From Escherichia phage vB_EcoM_LNA2: a DNA stretch of 64,000 nt. The first letter of the stretch is position 1. Every line of letters starts with the position of its first letter. Of this stretch, positions 9,708 to 19,004 are shown in pieces. Both the position numbers and the translations under genes were made by a program. The stretch lies in sequence record MZ311865.1, one strand, 5' to 3'. The notes beneath the pieces were generated by a model. It was not told the DNA's origin and made no database searches. It saw only the letters and a program-made list of their open reading frames with translations.

Positions 9708-9733
9708 GATGTTATCCTCTTTTAGATAGGACT

Positions 9734-9763
9734 ACTATATCATAGTCCTACTTAGTTGTAAAC
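9734..9763 (-). promoter_or_regulatory. Early promoter (GTTTAC-18-TATAGT)
   Basis: Upstream of ORF 9444..9707. Confidence 0.55.
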
Positions 9764-9775
9764 ACTTTTATGAAA

Positions 9776-10333
9776 TTAAAGATGAAGATACCACCCGTTG
9801 TAGTTGCTCTTGCGGACGATTTTCTTTAGGTCTTCATGGTCTCCCACGAACTTTATAGAATAAGAGAAGACGTCAGGTGAGGTTTCTTTGACATCTAATA
9901 TAATAATGCAATCTGCGACTCGATGGTTCAAGAAGGGCCCTATATTGATTCCATTACCACCCGGATAATCACCACTGTATCCTGTGGTAACTGAAATCCA
10001 TTTAGAATCTATCTGGTGTGTCTTGACTTCTACACGAATTCCACAATACTTGGGATGGGCTAACACGTCCCACGCATACGTGTACGGGTCTTCTACGTCT
10101 TCAATACCTTTATTAACATATCCGTCTAGCCAATTTGCTACCACATACTCTGCAAAGACCGCAACCTTACAACGTCGAACTACATCTTCTTTGTTTTGGT
10201 CAGGATTTTGGCTCAGGGAATACCGAGCAGTGTCAGCAATCTTCACCTTCATTTCACTAGTCAAAAACTCATTCGACAGGATAAATGTCGGAAGATTCTT
10301 CAGTCTCAACAGTCCCAAGTTCGTCTTTACCAT
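9776..10333 (-). CDS. DenB-position protein (endonuclease IV-like by location), ~185 aa
   Basis: ORF track 9776..10396; ATG 10333 has SD; adjacent to rIIB as T4 denB; no catalytic motif recognised. Confidence 0.4.
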   Translation of the reverse strand: MVKTNLGLLRLKNLPTFILSNEFLTSEMKVKIADTARYSLSQNPDQNKEDVVRRCKVAVFAEYVVANWLDGYVNKGIEDVEDPYTYAWDVLAHPKYCGIRVEVKTHQIDSKWISVTTGYSGDYPGGNGINIGPFLNHRVADCIIILDVKETSPDVFSYSIKFVGDHEDLKKIVRKSNYNGWYLHL

Positions 10334-10556
10334 AGATACCTCTGATGTGTAGTTCGCCAAAATAAATGCGGTCACCTTCTTCAAGATATTCAGCATCTAC
10401 CGGTGGGATTTCAATAACAACTTCGTCGCATTCTAACCAGCCGTAGTGTGCATCACCAGGATGTTTTACCAATTTAGCACAATAAACTGATTTACACTTA
10501 TGATGACCACGAAGATTAGCAATTTTGGATTCTGATACGTCAAATGGATGAATCAT
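10269..10556 (-). CDS. Hypothetical protein, 95 aa
   Basis: ORF track; overlaps 5' end of downstream ORF; follows rIIB terminator. Confidence 0.35.
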   Translation of the reverse strand: MIHPFDVSESKIANLRGHHKCKSVYCAKLVKHPGDAHYGWLECDEVVIEIPPVDAEYLEEGDRIYFGELHIRGIYGKDELGTVETEESSDIYPVE

Positions 10557-10576
10557 AATTACCCCTAAAGAAAAAA

Positions 10577-10592
10577 GGGGACCGAAGTCCCC
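10577..10592 (-). terminator. Intrinsic terminator after rIIB
   Basis: GGGGAC-UUCG-GUCCCC plus U6. Confidence 0.65.
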
Positions 10593-10597
10593 AATTA

Positions 10598-11545
10598 TTA
10601 TTCTGCAAATAATTCAGTAACGTCTGAAATTACTTCATAACGACAAGTACGCATCTTAGCATCGCCATAGTCAACTGGGATAGATACAACATCACGTGGA
10701 TGAACTTTAACCTTCACAACTTTATCTGAGCTTGAACCAAAGTGGCGAATATAAGATTTAGCACAAACGTGGAGACCGCGAGAACAGGTTTGAGTATCAT
10801 CGTCGTTAACTCGAGTACGAGGCATTGAAACAACTTTACCTGGGGAGTTATCAAACGTACCACTATAGCAGTCTAAATAGTCCTTACGAACTACTTTCCA
10901 CGCATAGAAATGACCATCTTCAGTGATTTCAATATCGTTTGCAACCAAGAAGTCGAATAAACGTTGTACAGCTTTTTCGCTTGGGTTTTCTAACAGGTTT
11001 TCAAGGAATGGCAGATAGAATTTAAAGTCTTCACCTTTTTCCATGGAATCAATAATACGGTTAACCAGCCCTGAACGAATCTCTATACCTTGATAAAATA
11101 AACTACCACCTTCAATAACAACATTACCGTCAACAAACTTACTAATAGCTTTCTTGATGTTAATAAGTTCGACAGCTTTACTAAGGTTTCCTGCGACCAA
11201 ATTAGCTTTAATTTCTTCAAAATTTGCATGACTTGATGGAGTCGCATTGTATGCTACGCGTCCTTCAATAATTGAAATAAATTTAGATGACGCGTTCCAT
11301 ATGATTTCAGGACGATGTCCGCCGATAATAGGTTCATCATTTTCTGGAACTTCTTCGATTACATAAGAGGCATCGTTTGCTTCAGGGACAACGCCTTCTG
11401 CTTTAAAATTCTTAACAATCTTACGAAGAGTATCTGTTGAAATGTCGAAGTAATCGGCAATTTCTTTACGAGTCCATTTGCCTGATTCAACCAGGCCATA
11501 AGCTTCTAACTGTTCTTCTTGGGACAAGCATTTGATATTGTACAT
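10598..11545 (-). CDS. rIIB: Rapid-lysis protein rIIB
   Basis: 315 aa, MYNIKCL...; C-terminal half matches recalled T4 rIIB (DDDTQTCSRGLHVC...). Confidence 0.9.
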   Translation of the reverse strand: MYNIKCLSQEEQLEAYGLVESGKWTRKEIADYFDISTDTLRKIVKNFKAEGVVPEANDASYVIEEVPENDEPIIGGHRPEIIWNASSKFISIIEGRVAYNATPSSHANFEEIKANLVAGNLSKAVELINIKKAISKFVDGNVVIEGGSLFYQGIEIRSGLVNRIIDSMEKGEDFKFYLPFLENLLENPSEKAVQRLFDFLVANDIEITEDGHFYAWKVVRKDYLDCYSGTFDNSPGKVVSMPRTRVNDDDTQTCSRGLHVCAKSYIRHFGSSSDKVVKVKVHPRDVVSIPVDYGDAKMRTCRYEVISDVTELFAE

Positions 11546-11554
11546 AATGTTTCC

Positions 11555-13768
11555 TTATTTGGCCGCTTCCACGGCCTTCATGAATTTAACGATTTGAGCG
11601 ACCTGTTCTTTAGAAAGAGTACCACGTCGTCCCATGTATTCTGACACAATATGATAATTGGTTTCAAATTCAATAACCATTTTATCATCATTATCGTAAG
11701 CATTATCTTTAAGCTTATCGAAAATTTTAGCACACAATTCTAACTTCTTATTCAGATCTCTGTTAGTAGCACCCGAGAATCGATTCCAACCCCAACGATT
11801 ATTTACTGTTGAAAGTTTTGCAAAATCTTTACTGATTTCTTTGTTCTTAGAGCTAAAATACTTACTAAGGAAGTTAAGCTCTTCATTACGAGTAATATGA
11901 TTCAAATAAGGCTGTGCTCTACGACTTGGTGATACATACTCATCATAATCCACTTTATCAATTAGCGTAATATAGTCGTTAATTGATTTTTCGAACAAGC
12001 ATTCTACTTCACCAAGTTTACGAACTTTCTTAGCAATCTGTGGACGAACTACAGTGAACTCTTTAATACCTGACAAATCAGCAATACGGGTCAAGAAATT
12101 GGAGTCATAGTTCAACCAACCTTTATCTGCGTCAAGACATTCAGCATTAGAACGATTACGAACTATAGCATAACCTTGGATTTCATCAGCTTCACTCGCT
12201 GGAATAAAGAGATCTTCTAATACCCAAACATCGTTTTCATTCTTAAAGAACCGATGAGCACTTGGAGATTTAGGACGAGGCTCATTAGTTCGTTTCCTGA
12301 CTTCAATCCATGGTTTAACGATTTGTAAAAGCTCTGAAGTCTTGTACATGTTAATGCTATCGCCATCAAAGATAACTTTAAGGCGTTCCAGAAGTTTCAT
12401 TGCATCTTCGTCTGTAGGGTCAACGAATAGTACGCTTTTACCAAAACCGCGTGGAACTTTACCGGTTAATTTAACCTCGTCTTTAGACATTTCAATTGAA
12501 TTAAGAGCTCGCATTAATGGAACGCGTCCCTTAACGTCGTCAATAACAATTTCAACGTTTTTAATGTTAATGCCAATCAGACTGTTAATTGAAATGGTTG
12601 CCGTTGAGCTACCGCTTTCACGAATACGACGAAGACGAGGGGATTCAACGATATCGTATACGACACCAAGATTACACCACTCAGGCCCCATTTTAAAACG
12701 TTTGTACAACTCAGAATAAGTTAGTTGTTCTTTAGAGTATTTCAGTGATTCAATATTAGACCCGGCCTTTTCCATGTATTTACGAGCGGTATAGCCAAGA
12801 GAATCAATTTCACGGAACACATGACGTGGGTATTTACAATCAATCCATTTCTTAGAATCTTCAGCAAATAATTTTGCATCGATTTCTGCAACACGTTTAT
12901 GGATATTTGCTACTGTACGTTTATCAAATGACAATGCTTCACGAGACGGGGCTACATCTAGTTCACCCATAGGGAATTTAATATAAGCTGTAGTGCATCG
13001 CGTCATCATCCATGTTTGTTCTTTAATAACACTTCCGATTGGATATACAATACCACCATAAACAGCCATGATATTACCACGTTCACCCCATGGAGCTTCC
13101 TTGGCCAAATATACATCGTCAAATTCTGGGAAGTATTTGATATCTTTAACACCGCGAACTTCTGCAATATCACCTAGAGGACGCATAACATATGCAATTT
13201 CAGATGCGAACTTTTCAAAATCTTCTGGGTTAACCGGTACAACTACTTCTACACCCGTACGGTCATCAGGGCCCATCTTATCTACAAAGGTTGGCTTAAT
13301 CTGTGGACCACTGTCATCTTGGTAGATTACGTAACCACGAACTTCACCATTGTGATAAGACGTAAGGTTAAACGTATCAGTATATGCTAGCGGAGCTTTA
13401 GAGCCGAGTCCGAATCCACCAATGAAATCGTTACTCGATGTTTTAGTTGAAGCAAAATATGAGTTATAGATTCCTGGCTCTTCGTCATTACCTCGAATGG
13501 TGAAATCACTCATACCAGGACCAAAGTCTCGAACTACAAAACGTGGGTCTAAACGACCTGGAGCCTGAACAATAAACTTATCAGTGCAACCGTTAAGAAT
13601 TTGTCCATCGATACAGTTTGTAATTAATTCACGTACACAAGCCAATTCTTTGTTTGTATAAAGGTCATTAGACAAAATCTTATAAACTTTGCTATTGCCT
13701 TGAATAGTAAATGCTGTGCTCTTACCGCCTGAACCAATAATCGTTTCTTTAGCCGTTTCAATAATCAT
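11555..13768 (-). CDS. rIIA: Rapid-lysis protein rIIA
   Basis: 737 aa, N-terminus MIIETAKETIIGSGGKS...LYTNK...RELITN..D GHKL-ATPase-like as in T4 rIIA. Confidence 0.9.
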   Translation of the reverse strand: MIIETAKETIIGSGGKSTAFTIQGNSKVYKILSNDLYTNKELACVRELITNCIDGQILNGCTDKFIVQAPGRLDPRFVVRDFGPGMSDFTIRGNDEEPGIYNSYFASTKTSSNDFIGGFGLGSKAPLAYTDTFNLTSYHNGEVRGYVIYQDDSGPQIKPTFVDKMGPDDRTGVEVVVPVNPEDFEKFASEIAYVMRPLGDIAEVRGVKDIKYFPEFDDVYLAKEAPWGERGNIMAVYGGIVYPIGSVIKEQTWMMTRCTTAYIKFPMGELDVAPSREALSFDKRTVANIHKRVAEIDAKLFAEDSKKWIDCKYPRHVFREIDSLGYTARKYMEKAGSNIESLKYSKEQLTYSELYKRFKMGPEWCNLGVVYDIVESPRLRRIRESGSSTATISINSLIGINIKNVEIVIDDVKGRVPLMRALNSIEMSKDEVKLTGKVPRGFGKSVLFVDPTDEDAMKLLERLKVIFDGDSINMYKTSELLQIVKPWIEVRKRTNEPRPKSPSAHRFFKNENDVWVLEDLFIPASEADEIQGYAIVRNRSNAECLDADKGWLNYDSNFLTRIADLSGIKEFTVVRPQIAKKVRKLGEVECLFEKSINDYITLIDKVDYDEYVSPSRRAQPYLNHITRNEELNFLSKYFSSKNKEISKDFAKLSTVNNRWGWNRFSGATNRDLNKKLELCAKIFDKLKDNAYDNDDKMVIEFETNYHIVSEYMGRRGTLSKEQVAQIVKFMKAVEAAK

Positions 13769-13780
13769 ATTTTTCTCTCA

Positions 13781-13981
13781 TCACAAGTTACGTTTAAAAA
13801 TTTCTGCCACTTCGAGAAGTTCTTCTTTAGTAGCTGTATCGGTTTGTATTTTATATCGAATTTCTTTAAAGCGTTCTTTAAAGGACTCTGCTGACTCGAT
13901 ATCAAAAAATCTTTGGATAAGCCGGAATTCCCGGAGCACTGCTTTATCAAAAAGTTCCAAGTCCACGTTATATGTTCTCAT
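13781..13981 (-). CDS. Hypothetical protein, 66 aa (rIIA.1 position)
   Basis: ORF track; immediately upstream of rIIA. Confidence 0.5.
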   Translation of the reverse strand: MRTYNVDLELFDKAVLREFRLIQRFFDIESAESFKERFKEIRYKIQTDTATKEELLEVAEIFKRNL

Positions 13982-14005
13982 AATATTCTCTTCAGTAGAT
14001 TCCTA

Positions 14006-14057
14006 GGGCACTATTACTAAAGACCATATAATCTATCATCTTATGTGTAATAGTGCC
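14006..14057 (-). repeat. Imperfect 11-bp inverted repeat with 30-nt loop between GT gene and rIIA.1
   Basis: GGCACTATTAC ... GTAATAGTGCC; loop contains TATAAT-like sequence. Confidence 0.5.
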
Positions 14058-14073
14058 TCAGGCTATTCAGGAT

Positions 14074-15174
14074 TTACGCTGTGAAGATTTTATCCCACAT
14101 CGCAACAACTGCATCTCGATTATACTTCTTCCATACTGCTTCAGCACGTTTAACTCGAGCTTCGTATGTGTCAGTGAATTCTAATACAGCTTTTGTGTAA
14201 AGCGCAACTACTTCTTTCTTAGGAGTAGAGGAATCAATTTCTACACGCACAGTATCTGGGTCGTATTCGAATGTCGCATGAGGATAATCCTTAAAAACTA
14301 ACTGGATTACAGGGACACCTTTAGAGATGGCTTCAATAGAACTATTCTCTACCGTACCTGTGTCAGGACACGTATTAATAAGTGCTTTAGCTGTTTTAAG
14401 ACGTTCCATAATTTCACTGTGTGGAGCATCAATAATAACAGGATATTTAGCCGGTGGCGCCCATTTACTAGGACAGTATCCTACACCATTTTCGCCTAGT
14501 GCTTTAATCGCTTCAAGAGCAACATCAGTACGACGCATTTTAGTGTCATAACGTTGTGCACTAATAATCAGATCCGTCGCCGGAAGAACTTCTGGCTTTT
14601 CAGTCAAACAAATAACCGGATAATCTTCGGCTTCAAACAACGGATTTGCTCGCCAATAATCATAATCAATTTTGTCAGTCAGACCTGAAGTCATATAACA
14701 ATATTTGCGTTCAAATTCACGGAAGGCTTTAGTAGGAGCATAGCTCTTCCCACCATTCTTATGAATTTGAATAGTCTGGTCCCAAATTTGAACAATGCCA
14801 CGAGATACTGGTTCAAATGGTGTTGCCATAAAATTCTTATGAACTTTAGAGAGACCTGCGTCTTTAATTGCCTGAACGGTTAGTTTAGTCGGTTCCATAG
14901 TAACAACAAAATCGTATTCATGGATGCCGGCTAGTTCAACAATCTTACGAGCCATAGTATAACTCATACCTAGACTGAATTTTGTCAGATGACCAACAGG
15001 ATGATGATTAACTTTCCAATCACCAAATGTGTCATTATCAAAACCGATATAATCAATATCAGCACCGATGGACACAAGATATTTCAACACGTTCAAATGA
15101 ACCGCTTCAAGACCACCTTGTACACGTTCTGGGTTAAATGGGACTGCACGAGATGGGATAAACATAACTTTCAT
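14074..15174 (-). CDS. Glycosyltransferase-like protein (GT-B type motif), candidate DNA sugar transferase
   Basis: 366 aa; C-terminal ...DTGTVENSSIEAISKGVPVIQL... resembles GT-B E..EA..G.PVI motif; sits where T4 has gene 60/mobA. Confidence 0.55.
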   Translation of the reverse strand: MKVMFIPSRAVPFNPERVQGGLEAVHLNVLKYLVSIGADIDYIGFDNDTFGDWKVNHHPVGHLTKFSLGMSYTMARKIVELAGIHEYDFVVTMEPTKLTVQAIKDAGLSKVHKNFMATPFEPVSRGIVQIWDQTIQIHKNGGKSYAPTKAFREFERKYCYMTSGLTDKIDYDYWRANPLFEAEDYPVICLTEKPEVLPATDLIISAQRYDTKMRRTDVALEAIKALGENGVGYCPSKWAPPAKYPVIIDAPHSEIMERLKTAKALINTCPDTGTVENSSIEAISKGVPVIQLVFKDYPHATFEYDPDTVRVEIDSSTPKKEVVALYTKAVLEFTDTYEARVKRAEAVWKKYNRDAVVAMWDKIFTA

Positions 15175-15200
15175 AATTAAGCCTTATTAAAATTAAAATG

Positions 15201-15218
15201 AAGCTCCCGAAGGAGCTT
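15201..15218 (-). terminator. Hairpin terminator immediately after gene 39
   Basis: AAGCUCC-UUCG-GGAGCUU overlapping stop codon; U-rich tail. Confidence 0.5.
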
Positions 15219-17034
15219 AGGACATCCATTCTTTACGAAGTTCTGAATCATCACCCATCAACATTTCAAAGAGTTCTTTCCAATTTTCAGGAAGTTTAAC
15301 TACGTCGTACACAGGGTTCTGAATCATTTCACGATATTCTGACTTTTCAAGGGAGCCTAATCCCTTGATGTATCGAATACTGTGCTTAGGCAGTGTATCT
15401 TTAACTTCTTCGTACTCAGCCACAGTATAAAACCATTTTTGAGTTTTGCCAATTTGTGCAATAATTACAGGCGTTTTAACAAAGCGAATACGTCCTTGTT
15501 CAAACAATTCAGGCCAATTACTAAAGAAAGCAAGCAAAGCCGGATAGATACTTCCAAGACCGTCATGATCGGCATCGGTCATAATTGCAATATTACGATA
15601 GTTCGTATTCTCTGCCTTTTCACCAAGAATAAGACCCGTGATAGCACAGATATCAAAGAGCTCTTTGTTCTTCATCATATCAGCATATGACATACCCCAG
15701 CTATTCATCACCTTACCACGTAATGGGAATCCACCGTGTAGTTCACGGTCACGAACATCAATGAGATAACCAATTGCCGAATCACCTTCTGTTAAGAACA
15801 ATGTCGTATCTGCATCTTTACCGCATTGGTTAGCTTTAATATGCTTATGAACCTTAGCTTTAGTTGCCTTTTTAGCTGCTTTAGTTTCTGCAGCCTTTTC
15901 TGCTGCCAATTTACGAGCTAATGCTGCTTCAACAATAGGCATAATCAAGGCTTCGTTTTTAAGAAGTGCCTGAGCAATTTTCTTAGCATCTAATTGGATA
16001 TGATTACGAATATCACCATACGTTGACGTTAAACGTTCTTTAGTCTGAGAATCAAAACGCATGTTGCTCATGTCTCTAATAAACATCAACATTGTGAGAC
16101 ATTCTTTAACACGAGCTTTAGTGACTTCAATACCCTTATATTTCTTTTTAATACCAGGCAAAAGATGTTCGCAGATATCATCCATTACACATTCAACATG
16201 ATGACCACCATTTTTAGTATGGATGTTATTCACGTAAGTTAAATGACGGAAGCCATCTGGTGATGTTGTGAATGCCATAGAGACTCTATCGTTTTCTTGA
16301 ATGATGTTATCTTCGCCAAATTGTTTAGCAAATCGTTTAAAATTACCATCAACCTTTTTACCATTAAATGTGAACTTGATATCAGGATAAACGACTGCCA
16401 ATGTTTGAAGTCGGTCTAAAGTAATATCTAAATAAATTTGAGATAAATTATGCTCTTCAAATGAAGAGAAATCAGGAGTGAAGATTACTTTAGTGCCTTT
16501 ACCTTTAGATTTCTTAGAAGACCATGATTTGTTTTCCATTCCGTTTGAACAGTTAACAGTGATTTCATTTTCGCCATCTGACGTGATGCCTGTAAACAAC
16601 GTAGAGAAGATATTAGTTAAACTACTCCCGACGCCGTTCATACCACCAGTCTTGCGTTCAGAGTCATCACCAAAGTTACCACCAGCCTTTGGAATAGTCC
16701 AGGCTGCTACAGGCCCAGGAATTTGTTCACCTGTTTGGTCGGTAACTAAACCTTGAGGAATACCACGTCCGTTATCTTCCACTGAGACTTGATTATTTTT
16801 AATTTGCACATCGATTTTATTTGCAAACTTAAATGATGTACGAATAGCTTCATCAACCGAGTTGTCAATAATCTCATCGATTAATTTAACCAGACCAGGA
16901 ACATATTCAACTTGTTGATATTTGCCAAACAAAAAACGCTCATGTGCTTCTTTAGCAGAAGAACCAATATACATACCACTACGTTTCTTAATATGTTCTA
17001 CATCTGACAATACCTTAATTTCATTTTTAATCAT
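15217..17034 (-). CDS. 39: DNA topoisomerase II large (ATPase) subunit, contiguous 39+60 equivalent
   Basis: 605 aa; GHKL ATPase motifs (IIDNSVDEA, GLHG-type region); no split or bypass. Confidence 0.9.
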   Translation of the reverse strand: MIKNEIKVLSDVEHIKKRSGMYIGSSAKEAHERFLFGKYQQVEYVPGLVKLIDEIIDNSVDEAIRTSFKFANKIDVQIKNNQVSVEDNGRGIPQGLVTDQTGEQIPGPVAAWTIPKAGGNFGDDSERKTGGMNGVGSSLTNIFSTLFTGITSDGENEITVNCSNGMENKSWSSKKSKGKGTKVIFTPDFSSFEEHNLSQIYLDITLDRLQTLAVVYPDIKFTFNGKKVDGNFKRFAKQFGEDNIIQENDRVSMAFTTSPDGFRHLTYVNNIHTKNGGHHVECVMDDICEHLLPGIKKKYKGIEVTKARVKECLTMLMFIRDMSNMRFDSQTKERLTSTYGDIRNHIQLDAKKIAQALLKNEALIMPIVEAALARKLAAEKAAETKAAKKATKAKVHKHIKANQCGKDADTTLFLTEGDSAIGYLIDVRDRELHGGFPLRGKVMNSWGMSYADMMKNKELFDICAITGLILGEKAENTNYRNIAIMTDADHDGLGSIYPALLAFFSNWPELFEQGRIRFVKTPVIIAQIGKTQKWFYTVAEYEEVKDTLPKHSIRYIKGLGSLEKSEYREMIQNPVYDVVKLPENWKELFEMLMGDDSELRKEWMS

Positions 17035-17085
17035 GTTGTCTCCTCGTTATGAAGGTATTCTATCATCCGAAATCTAAAGCAAAAA

Positions 17086-17097
17086 GGGCCGAAGCCC
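17086..17097 (-). terminator. Intrinsic terminator after ORF 17098..17541
   Basis: GGGC-UUCG-GCCC plus UUUUUGCUUU. Confidence 0.55.
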
Positions 17098-17541
17098 TTA
17101 TTTAAATTTAATTTTCTGAAGTGCATCAATTGCAGCTAAACGCCCTTGTTCACTTTTAACTGTAATGACCACATCGCCTGATACGATCACCGAACCATCA
17201 ACAAATTCTATAGAGCCTTTTTTGAAATCGACAGCTGTATCTGGTTCCGGAACTTCTTCAAAGAATTTAAATTCTGCACCATAAATCAGAATATCACCTT
17301 GCATACTAATGATTGTACGTCTAGGTCCATCGGTTTCAGCGGCAATCATTGAAACACCATAACCAATCATCTCTTCTACAATAAAATCTCTTGATAATAA
17401 AACTGTATGCAGAGTAGTGTTAAGACGTTTACCAGTTGTATTAAGAATTCTCAAGAAATTATCTTCTTGACCTTTGATAATACGATATTTCTTACCAACT
17501 TCAAAACCTTTAAAACCTTTAAAAGCCGTATTAAAAGCCAT
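17098..17541 (-). CDS. Hypothetical protein, 147 aa
   Basis: ORF track; followed by UUCG terminator. Confidence 0.5.
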   Translation of the reverse strand: MAFNTAFKGFKGFEVGKKYRIIKGQEDNFLRILNTTGKRLNTTLHTVLLSRDFIVEEMIGYGVSMIAAETDGPRRTIISMQGDILIYGAEFKFFEEVPEPDTAVDFKKGSIEFVDGSVIVSGDVVITVKSEQGRLAAIDALQKIKFK

Positions 17542-17543
17542 AA

Positions 17544-17723
17544 TTAACCCTTCTTAAGTAAGTCGTAAAAACCACCGTTCACATGTTTAGGAGCAGAAAC
17601 CCGACGAGTAGACAGACGATGACATTCAGGGCAAACATCGTTTTCTCGTTCAGAAATCCTTTTAATTTTTTCATATTCATGACCACAATCTTCAGATTGA
17701 CATTTATAGTCGTATAACGGCAT
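17544..17723 (-). CDS. FmdB-like zinc-ribbon protein, 59 aa (not in ORF track)
   Basis: Hand translation [59 protein letters not shown]; C-x4-C ... C-x2-C. Confidence 0.5.
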   Translation of the reverse strand: MPLYDYKCQSEDCGHEYEKIKRISERENDVCPECHRLSTRRVSAPKHVNGGFYDLLKKG

Positions 17724-18136
17724 TATTGTTCCTTAAAGTGAGCTTTCAACATTTGATACAAAGACCATGCCTGGTCGTTATTTTCGATAGTAATCGTCAT
17801 CACCGGAAATTCAGACAATTCATCAAGTTCACCAGAATCTTGCTCTTCAGACTCTTGATACGGATTTCCAACTTCGTCAAAGAACTCTGCTTCATTCGTG
17901 GAGAGCCAGATAAAGTTTTCATCAAGGATGTCACCGCCTGTTGCGTATCCAACCATGCCAGTAGATGTCACAATTTTAGTAGGACGACCAAGATGGTCAA
18001 CATCTAATATTTTAAATGGTTCCATGCCAAGACGTCGTGCGTAAATCCCATTATCAGTGTGGTCTTTAATAAACTCTTCTTGGGCACGTTTATCTTTAAA
18101 TTGGTACCATGAGTTAACGCGGAATTTATTAGCCAT
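17723..18136 (-). CDS. Hypothetical acidic protein, ~137 aa
   Basis: ORF track 17723..18154 (TTG); ATG at 18136 with AAGGAA SD. Confidence 0.5.
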   Translation of the reverse strand: MANKFRVNSWYQFKDKRAQEEFIKDHTDNGIYARRLGMEPFKILDVDHLGRPTKIVTSTGMVGYATGGDILDENFIWLSTNEAEFFDEVGNPYQESEEQDSGELDELSEFPVMTITIENNDQAWSLYQMLKAHFKEQ

Positions 18137-18363
18137 TAGTAAGTTTCCTTCCAATAAGTTGTACCATTTTCAGTGATTTCACGGAAGATACCATAGATAG
18201 GCATTTCGTCACCGAGTTTTTCGTAAACGTAAACCACTTCAGTGTAGCATAAAAATTCAGTCCAGTTTTTCTGTACAACAACTAAATCAGGATTAAACAG
18301 AACATCTTCAAACTCATCGATGTTTGAATCAGTAGTTACGTTTTTAATGATTTGACGTTTCAT
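18136..18363 (-). CDS. Hypothetical protein, ~75 aa
   Basis: ORF track 18136..18408; ATG 18363 with GAGGAG SD; the 18408 ATG lies inside the promoter. Confidence 0.45.
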   Translation of the reverse strand: MKRQIIKNVTTDSNIDEFEDVLFNPDLVVVQKNWTEFLCYTEVVYVYEKLGDEMPIYGIFREITENGTTYWKETY

Positions 18364-18391
18364 AATATTCTCCTCTTGTTTTGATAGGTCT

Positions 18392-18421
18392 ATAGTATCA
18401 TAGACCATAGTTGTTGTACAT
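18392..18421 (-). promoter_or_regulatory. Early-like promoter (ATGTAC-18-TACTAT)
   Basis: Upstream of ORF 18136..18363; -10 within GGTCTAT/ATAGACC palindrome. Confidence 0.45.
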
Positions 18422-18945
18422 CATTTTAGCAAAATAAAATCAACTTGTTCTGCCAATGAACGTCTGAACATTAATTGACAACTTCCGAGGATGAAATCAG
18501 GTGCTTCATAGACCGCGATGTAGTATCCTTTAGCTTTCAAGAGTTCAACATCCACCTGGTCATCAAACCATGCATAAACCGCGTCAACACTTTCAAATCC
18601 AAAATAGAACTCTTGAGCCCAATCTTCGCTCAATTCAAATGTGTGCTCAATTCTATAGTATCTTAAGATATTTTGTTCAAGGAGTTTGTCTTCATTTACT
18701 GTAGGACGATTAGGGACATTATAGTTGTCGCCATGATGGTAGAAGTTACCTGAGAGTATTCCATGCTTATCAAGGAACTCCCATGTTTCTTCAGAGTTGT
18801 CGGTGCCCGACCAACCGTATGGCGAACGAGGTTCTTTATTCCAAGAGGTTTCCCAAATTCTGACGGCTTTACCGTCTTCAATAGCAATTCCTGGTAATGA
18901 TTCACGTTGAGTACAAAAACTACGTTCTACGCGGTAAACTAACAT
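18421..18945 (-). CDS. Hypothetical protein, 174 aa
   Basis: ORF track; GAGGAG SD inside a 12-bp inverted repeat. Confidence 0.5.
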   Translation of the reverse strand: MLVYRVERSFCTQRESLPGIAIEDGKAVRIWETSWNKEPRSPYGWSGTDNSEETWEFLDKHGILSGNFYHHGDNYNVPNRPTVNEDKLLEQNILRYYRIEHTFELSEDWAQEFYFGFESVDAVYAWFDDQVDVELLKAKGYYIAVYEAPDFILGSCQLMFRRSLAEQVDFILLK

Positions 18946-18950
18946 ATTAT

Positions 18951-18993
18951 TCTCCTCTGGTTGATATGGTTATAATATCAAAACCAGAGGAGA
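18951..18993 (-). repeat. 12-bp perfect inverted repeat enclosing promoter -10 (PeSL-like stem-loop)
   Basis: TCTCCTCTGGTT ... AACCAGAGGAGA; stem contains SD of ORF 18421..18945. Confidence 0.7.
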
Positions 18994-19000
18994 AGTAAAC
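18972..19000 (-). promoter_or_regulatory. Early promoter (GTTTAC-17-TATTAT) inside stem-loop
   Basis: Upstream of ORF 18421..18945; -10 in loop of a 12-bp inverted repeat. Confidence 0.55.
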
Positions 19001-19004
19001 AACT

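Noticed and set aside
12342-12719. 125-aa + strand ORF
   Set aside because: Antisense inside rIIA
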